This document shows, one piece after another, positions 58,803 to 64,000 of a stretch of 64,000 nucleotides of DNA (positions are counted from its first letter, which is position 1; every line of letters starts with the position of its first letter). The stretch comes from Candidatus Nomurabacteria bacterium RIFOXYD2_FULL_35_12 (GTDB lineage: Bacteria; Patescibacteriota; Minisyncoccia; Phycocordibacterales; UBA9973): the NCBI GenBank assembly GCA_001786365.1, contig MFWK01000022.1, forward strand, positions 15,087 through 79,086, read 5' to 3'. The position numbers were made by a program, and so were the translations under genes. Under the pieces are notes generated by a model. The model was not told where the DNA came from, did no database searches, and worked only from the letters and a program-made list of their open reading frames with translations.

Positions 58803-58904
58803 AAAGTTTGCTCCTTCCGTATTTTGATTTAACTTGTGAACACCTAAACTAAAAAAGATTATATCACAAATATAAGAGGTTGTCTATAAAAATATGGGGA
58901 AAAT

Positions 58905-59915
58905 TTACGCTTTCTTTAGAATCTTTACTAACGAGTCACTGAATTTTTTTACCATTTTGTCATCAAACAGAGAAAGAATAAAAACGTTCTTGCTGATTTT
59001 TTTGAAATCTGCTACTTTTTTAGCGATAATTTTAGCATCATTAACAAAATCAGATTTAGTTAAAATAATTATTTCTTCTTTTACAGACAAACCTTCATTA
59101 CCCAAGCCCAAAGTCTTGTCGTATTTTTCCAATTCTTTCCGTATTTCTTTATAACTTTTCATCATACCAGTAGAACCTTTAGAAAGATTTTCAAAAGAAA
59201 TGAGGTGCGCAATCATTTTCGTTCGTTTAATATGACGCAAGAATTTCACACCGAGGCCCTTGCCTTCTGAAGCCCCTTCAATGAGCCCAGGAATGTCCGC
59301 AATGATGTAACCATGAAAATCCCCCAAGTTTGGATCGAGCGTAGTAAAAGGATAATCTCCAACTTTTGCATCTGCATTTGTCAGTGCATTTAATAAAGAA
59401 GATTTACCCGCATTTGGAAGTCCAATAAAACCAATATCAGCAAAAAGCTCCAGCTCTATTTTAAAATCTCCTTTTTCACCAGGCCCACCGACATTTGATT
59501 CTTGTGGAGTCGTATTTACGGAACTTTTAAAATGTTCATTTCCAAAACCACCGAAACCACCCCTCAAGAGAAGAATCTTTTCTCCTTCTTTCATTAATTG
59601 CCATTTTTCATCAGTTGCAAGATTTGTAATAATAGAGCCAACAGGTAATTCTAAAATAAAATCTTGCCCATTTGCTCCATGCAAGCTCTTGCTTCCGCCG
59701 TCTTCCCCTCTGCCAGCAATAAAACTTTTCTTGGCTTTATATTTTAAAAGTATGTGCACGTCGCGGACAGCTTGCACATAAAAATTCCCGCCTCGTCCGG
59801 CATCTCCTCCGGCCGGGCCACCTTTTGGCTCAAATTTCTGCCTGTGCCACCTGACAACACCGTTTCCACCGGCTCCAGCTTCTGCATATATTTTAATTTC
59901 ATCAATGAATGCCAT
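58905..59915 (-). CDS. obg: GTPase Obg/CgtA
   Basis: 336 aa. Obg fold MAFIDEIKIYAEAGAGGNGVVRWHRQKF...; G1 GLPNAGKSS; G3 DIPG. Confidence 0.9.
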   Translation of the reverse strand: MAFIDEIKIYAEAGAGGNGVVRWHRQKFEPKGGPAGGDAGRGGNFYVQAVRDVHILLKYKAKKSFIAGRGEDGGSKSLHGANGQDFILELPVGSIITNLATDEKWQLMKEGEKILLLRGGFGGFGNEHFKSSVNTTPQESNVGGPGEKGDFKIELELFADIGFIGLPNAGKSSLLNALTNADAKVGDYPFTTLDPNLGDFHGYIIADIPGLIEGASEGKGLGVKFLRHIKRTKMIAHLISFENLSKGSTGMMKSYKEIRKELEKYDKTLGLGNEGLSVKEEIIILTKSDFVNDAKIIAKKVADFKKISKNVFILSLFDDKMVKKFSDSLVKILKKA

Positions 59916-59948
59916 ATGAAAAGTATAAAAATGAAAAATTAAGGAGCC

Positions 59949-59980
59949 GTGGGTTCCCTGTCCTTATGACCTCGAGGGCG
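59949..59980. repeat. Family D 32-nt repeat, copy D2 (reverse orientation)
   Basis: GTGGGTTCCCTGTCCTTATGACCTCGAGGGCG is the exact reverse complement of 17281..17312. Confidence 0.7.
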
Positions 59981-60016
59981 AAGGTGGGAGAATTTTTTAT
60001 TTTTACATTTTTCATA

Positions 60017-60916
60017 TTAACCTAATAATGCCAATTCTGCTAATTTAATTGCCCCTTCTTTTGATTTTGCGACTGCAAGAAAAAGCGCCCGATGACAGAA
60101 TACCGCATCCTTTACTCCTGTTATTTTTTGCAAATCTTCATATGAATATCCACCCCAAGAAACAGGAAAGTCCTTCCTATTTCCAAAACTACTTTTGCTT
60201 TTCCTCATAGATACAACAGACCAATCATCTTTATCACCATAAACTACAAAAAGGGGTTCTTCAAAGTCTTGCAACGCATCCCAAATCTCAAATCTAGAAA
60301 CCTTTGGCTTGTCTATAACGATAAGCCTCTTGTCTTCCGACTTTTTATAATAACCTTTAATAATTTTTGTGATTTCTATTTGATCACTTGCTCTTTTAAT
60401 TTCTCTCTTTAAAATTTCTTTCGCCCACACCAACACTTTCAAAAACTGCTTGTCTTTCTCTACATCCTCTAATGCAGTCGGAGAAAAAATAGAAAAAACA
60501 TCCTGTAAAGTATATGGGAAAATATTCGAAAAATTACTCTTATACAAATCGATTCCGTTATCATTTGCATCCACCGGCATCACTAGTTTACGTTCAATCA
60601 CATCTGCGACTTCTTTACTACCGGAGATTTCTTTGCCAAATTTTTTCCAAATAAGACCAAAAGACGAATAAGGTATACCCTCCCTTTCACCTGCTCCGCC
60701 CTTCTGATGATGATCAAATCTATTTAGATCTTCACTATATATTCTTCCCACATCAAAGACATAATCTCCACTTTTTTTAATCTCAATATCTCTCGTGCGA
60801 ATTATTTTAAAATTCTCACCTCGATTCTCAAGCATGATTAAAAGCGTCGCAGCCGCAAAAATATCATCGGGGTGAAACGAACCATCATGTGTTACTAATT
60901 TTGTCAGTTTTTTCAT
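60017..60916 (-). CDS. MYG1/UPF0160-family metal-dependent hydrolase
   Basis: 299 aa. THDGSFHPDDIFAAATL N-terminal motif typical of MYG1. Confidence 0.65.
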   Translation of the reverse strand: MKKLTKLVTHDGSFHPDDIFAAATLLIMLENRGENFKIIRTRDIEIKKSGDYVFDVGRIYSEDLNRFDHHQKGGAGEREGIPYSSFGLIWKKFGKEISGSKEVADVIERKLVMPVDANDNGIDLYKSNFSNIFPYTLQDVFSIFSPTALEDVEKDKQFLKVLVWAKEILKREIKRASDQIEITKIIKGYYKKSEDKRLIVIDKPKVSRFEIWDALQDFEEPLFVVYGDKDDWSVVSMRKSKSSFGNRKDFPVSWGGYSYEDLQKITGVKDAVFCHRALFLAVAKSKEGAIKLAELALLG

Positions 60917-60930
60917 CCAAGTGCAAAAAT

Positions 60931-61380
60931 TTAAAATAATGAATCTACGACTTCTTTGACCAAAGTGCCATCCGCTTTACCTTTTAATTCTTTCATAACA
61001 GCAGACATCAACATACCCTTTTTTGTGGCATCAGTAATTGCAAGCTCGGCCTTTTTTGCTTTGGCGACCTTTTCAATATCTCCTTTGCTCATCATTTTCG
61101 GAAGATAAGTTTCTAGAATGGAAAGTTCTGCTTGTTCTTCTTTTACCAAGTCTTCTCTATTTCCTTTTTTGAACTGTTCAATAGAATCCTTGCGTTGCTT
61201 GGCGAGCCTATTTATCACAGCTAAAGCTTCTTCATCTTTGAGCATTTCTTGAGGCTTTTTATTTTTTGCTACAAGCTCATTTGTAAAAGCTGCAGACATA
61301 GCCCGAAATGCTTTCAGCTTTAATGCATCGTGTGCCATCATCGCTTCTTTTATTCCATTTTTTATTTGTTCGTGTAACAT
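60931..61380 (-). CDS. GatB/YqeY-domain protein
   Basis: 149 aa. MLHEQIKNGIKEAMMAHDALKLKAFRAMSAAFTNELV... is YqeY-like. Confidence 0.7.
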   Translation of the reverse strand: MLHEQIKNGIKEAMMAHDALKLKAFRAMSAAFTNELVAKNKKPQEMLKDEEALAVINRLAKQRKDSIEQFKKGNREDLVKEEQAELSILETYLPKMMSKGDIEKVAKAKKAELAITDATKKGMLMSAVMKELKGKADGTLVKEVVDSLF

Positions 61381-61408
61381 AAATTTATATAGGAATATCT
61401 ATTTTTAT

Positions 61409-61511
61409 AAAGCAATCTATCTGGGCAAGCTTGCCCAGCGAACTGCTCGTCGCTCAAGAAAATAATAAATAGAATACTATTTTTATTTTCTAAGCTCCTG
61501 CGCAAGGCTTT
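61409..61511. repeat. Family F ~120-bp repeat, copy F3 (reverse orientation, between divergent genes)
   Basis: Reverse complement matches F1/F2. The central palindrome here is CTGGGCAAGCTTGCCCAG. Confidence 0.8.
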
Positions 61512-61564
61512 CTAAAAACAATATTCCTATATAAATTATAACAGAATTGTGTTAAAATAGCACT

Positions 61565-62302
61565 ATGTCTAAATTAATATTTTTTGATACAGAAACCACC
61601 GGTAATACAGACAAAGATTTTCTTTGTCAGATTGCTTACAAAACAGATAAAGAAACTTTTACAGGCTTATATAAACCAGAAATCAAAATCCCTCCGGAAG
61701 CTTCTGCTGTGCATCACCTAACGAATAAAATGCTTACTGATAAACCCTCTTTTAAAGATTCCGGTGATCAGCAAAAAATCAAAAAACTTTTTGAAGATAA
61801 AGATTCAGTAGTTGTAGCTCACAACGCACCTTTTGACTTGATAATGATAAAAAAAGAAGGCATTGAGCCTAAAAAATTCATCTGCACCCTACGAGTCGCC
61901 AGACATTTAGATAAAGAAGAAAAAATAGAAAGATATAATTTACAATATTTGCGTTACTTGCTCGAAATAGAAGTAGATGCCACAGCTCACGACGCACTCG
62001 GTGACGTGCTCGTATTGGAACAACTTTTTGAAAGGCTATATAAAAAAGTGAAAGAAGAAATAGCCCCGACGTCTAAAGGAGTCGGGGTCACGACCGAAAA
62101 CGTCGTGAATAAAATGATAGAAATTTCCTCGCACCCCTCCCTTTTGCGTTCTTTTGGTTTTGGTAAACATAACGGTAAAAGAATAGAAGAAGTGGCAAAA
62201 ATGGATAGAGGTTATCTGGAGTGGCTCCTAGCCCAAAAACTCGCGGGAGACCAAATGGACGAGGATTGGATTTATACCTTGAAGCATTACTTAGATAAAT
62301 AA
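61565..62302 (+). CDS. DnaQ-like 3'-5' exonuclease (DEDDh) with C-terminal extension
   Basis: 245 aa. Exo I FFDTETTG, Exo II VAHNAPFD, Exo III HDALGD. The extension includes in-frame family B element B4 (APTSKGVGVTTENVV). Confidence 0.75.
   Translation: MSKLIFFDTETTGNTDKDFLCQIAYKTDKETFTGLYKPEIKIPPEASAVHHLTNKMLTDKPSFKDSGDQQKIKKLFEDKDSVVVAHNAPFDLIMIKKEGIEPKKFICTLRVARHLDKEEKIERYNLQYLRYLLEIEVDATAHDALGDVLVLEQLFERLYKKVKEEIAPTSKGVGVTTENVVNKMIEISSHPSLLRSFGFGKHNGKRIEEVAKMDRGYLEWLLAQKLAGDQMDEDWIYTLKHYLDK
62065..62107. repeat. Family B element, copy B4 (in-frame inside the dnaQ-like gene)
   Basis: CCCCGACGTCTAAAGGAGTCGGGGTCACGACCGAAAACGTCGTG. Confidence 0.7.
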
Positions 62303-62379
62303 ACCTACTTGGATAATTATAAAACGTGTGTTAGCATCTTAGGAGAAATGTTAGCGCGTTAGCGAAAAAAAAAGGAACA

Positions 62380-62544
62380 ATGCAAAGCAAATGCAAAAAA
62401 CACCCTAATTACACGCCGGTTCCCAGGTTTCATCCACAACGGACAGAACCTCGAAACAAATGCCCTACTTGTTGGGACATATGGGAACATCGGTTTGATT
62501 TTCTAATCAAACGAAGGAGGAATCATATTGACGTTCCCAGATAG
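62380..62544 (+). CDS. Candidate small zinc-ribbon ORF inside a GC-rich intergenic island
   Basis: 54 aa. MQSKCKKHPNYTPVPRFHPQRTEPRNKCPTCWDIWEHRFDFLIKRRRNHIDVPR, preceded by AAAGGA. The region 62330..62620 is ~45% GC. Coding status is unproven. Confidence 0.2.
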   Translation: MQSKCKKHPNYTPVPRFHPQRTEPRNKCPTCWDIWEHRFDFLIKRRRNHIDVPR

Positions 62545-62640
62545 ACAAATTATGCGCATCGCCGCCGTGAGAGCCGAGCTTTCACAGGCGGCTTCTCATT
62601 TCTACTCGATTATTTGGGGAAATAATATATAATATAAGTT

Positions 62641-63387
62641 ATGAAGGAAAGTCCAAACCATTTTAATCCTATTAAAAAACTCGGTAATGTGAACCAAATA
62701 AGTCTTGGAGCTGATTCAAGAGTTTTTCGTGTTGTAAATCCTAAAGAAGATGTTGATATCGTCGCAAAAGAATATAGTGAGATAAAAATTAAACCAGAGG
62801 TTGTAAAAGAAATTATAGAACAATACTATGCCGACACAGAAAGAGCTAAAAAAATAACTAATGAACAACCAAACCCCCTAAATCAAAGGGTTAAGATAGA
62901 AGATAAAATATACTCTTTGGAATATAGGATAACTTCTCAGGGTACAATTATTTTAAACATTCCAATGGTATCTAATCAATCAACTAGAATGTGGGAAATA
63001 ATGCATGGAATTCCTAAAAAGAAAAAACACCAAGAAAAAATAGAAAATAAAACATCTTTAGGACAAGAATTTATTGATGGATATGACCTTAATCTCTTAA
63101 TGAACTATGAAGGAGAATTTCAATCATTACCTAAAGGAATTACTGATGCACAAGAACCTTTTCTAGAACGTAAAGAACTTGGAAAAGTGTTATGTAGTAT
63201 GATTGAAGAATTTTTTAGTTATTTATCAAAAATACTCAACATAAATCTTTCTTTTGATTCTATTAATATAAAACCTTTCTTAGATAAAAGAAATGGAAAA
63301 ATAACCTTAATTATAACAGACTTAGCTTCTAGTTTAGAGGATTATTATAAAAATAGTCCAAAATTTAAAAAACCTAAAGAAAAATAA
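62641..63387 (+). CDS. Hypothetical protein
   Basis: 248 aa ORF, no confident motif. Confidence 0.3.
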   Translation: MKESPNHFNPIKKLGNVNQISLGADSRVFRVVNPKEDVDIVAKEYSEIKIKPEVVKEIIEQYYADTERAKKITNEQPNPLNQRVKIEDKIYSLEYRITSQGTIILNIPMVSNQSTRMWEIMHGIPKKKKHQEKIENKTSLGQEFIDGYDLNLLMNYEGEFQSLPKGITDAQEPFLERKELGKVLCSMIEEFFSYLSKILNINLSFDSINIKPFLDKRNGKITLIITDLASSLEDYYKNSPKFKKPKEK

Positions 63388-63403
63388 TGTTAATATAAAT
63401 ATA

Positions 63404-64000
63404 TGGAAAATGTAATTTGGATAATATTAGGAATAGTCGTAGGAGGCGCAGTAGCCTACTCTATTTTAAATAAAAAAAAGGAAGAGAAAAAAGACGACAT
63501 TGGGCTCAACCTTATTCTCACGCAAATAAACGAACTCTCACGAACAGTAGACAGCAAAATCGGCGAAAGTCATAAACAAGTAAACGAAAGCTTGAAATTT
63601 CATTCAAGTGAATCAAACAAAATTATTCGAGACGTGACGGAGCGACTGACTAGACTGGATGAGACGAATAAACAAGTCATTTCTTTTGCCGACCAATTGC
63701 AAAGCTTGGAAAATATCTTAAAAAATCCAAAACAACGTGGAATCTTGGGTGAATATTATCTGGAAACAGTTTTAAAAAACGTCCTTCCACCCGGCAGTTA
63801 CCAAATGCAATATGAATTCCCTGATAAAACTATCGTGGACGCCGTCGTCTTTGTGAAAGATAAAATTATTCCTATTGACTCAAAATTCTCGCTGGAGAAT
63901 TACAACAAGATGGTGGAAGAGCGTGATGGAGCAGAAAAGAAAAAATTAGAAACTATTTTCATAAACGATTTAAAAAATAGAATTACCGAAACTGCAAAAT
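63404..64000 (+). CDS. rmuC: DNA recombination protein RmuC (partial, runs off window end)
   Basis: ATG at 63404. N-terminal TM MENVIWIILGIVVGGAVAYSIL, coiled coil, then the RmuC motif NPKQRGILGEYYLETVLKNVLP. Confidence 0.75.

Noticed and set aside
58380-58860. GC-rich islands as structured RNA genes (RNase P RNA, tmRNA, 6S)
   Set aside because: No P4 GGAAAGUCCGG/ACAGAACCCGGCUUA, no tRNA-like GGTTCGAxTCC 3' end, and no tmRNA tag reading frame. The islands have coherent ORFs with RBS and terminators, so foreign protein genes fit better.

Overview
This is an AT-rich (roughly 30% GC by eye) bacterial chromosomal segment. Nearly all genes are on the minus strand, and the content is almost entirely housekeeping.

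The housekeeping genes I can support include purL, metA, glmS, dnaX, dusB, ftsQ, serS, dprA, topA, a small Rel/SpoT, parB, an HTH-MurA fusion, miaA, alr, ddl, rseP, frr, holB, mreB, rsmI, prfA, rpmE, rpmG, rplY, a class I fba, gatB, obg and rmuC. There is a complete F1Fo ATP synthase operon (atpI-like through atpC). I also identify four tRNAs: Gln-UUG, Leu-CAA, Trp-CCA and Ile-GAU. The small proteins, minimal pathways and gene repertoire are consistent with a reduced Patescibacteria/CPR-like genome; that is inference, not proven. No rRNA genes or CRISPR arrays are visible.

The most unusual content is at least five families of short GC-rich palindromic repeats scattered through this AT-rich background:
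- Family A is a MITE-like element (ends CCCGTTAGAA...TTCTAACGGG) whose four intergenic copies each sit directly against the ATG of topA, frr, mreB and fba. A fifth copy is inserted in-frame inside atpG.
- Families B and C are about 40 bp long. Five of their six copies (three of four B, both C) are inserted in-frame, always in the same reading frame, inside essential genes: atpG, holB, a dnaQ-like exonuclease, rseP and rplY. This parallels the Rickettsia palindromic elements. Family E (one copy) shares family C's ends.
- Family F is about 120 bp, present in three copies, and its central palindrome keeps perfect symmetry through compensatory base changes between copies.
- Family D is a 32-nt repeat with two full copies and one partial.

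Other notable observations:
- Three paralogs of a large (about 560-580 aa) cysteine-rich multi-zinc-ribbon protein of no recognisable family.
- Three compositionally atypical GC-rich islands carrying orphan genes.
- A bacterial NOX/ferric-reductase-like flavocytochrome next to a cytochrome-b5-like gene interrupted by an in-frame TAA.
- A glutaminase-less purL paired with metA.
- Several genes with TATAAT-N6-ATG, suggesting leaderless transcripts.
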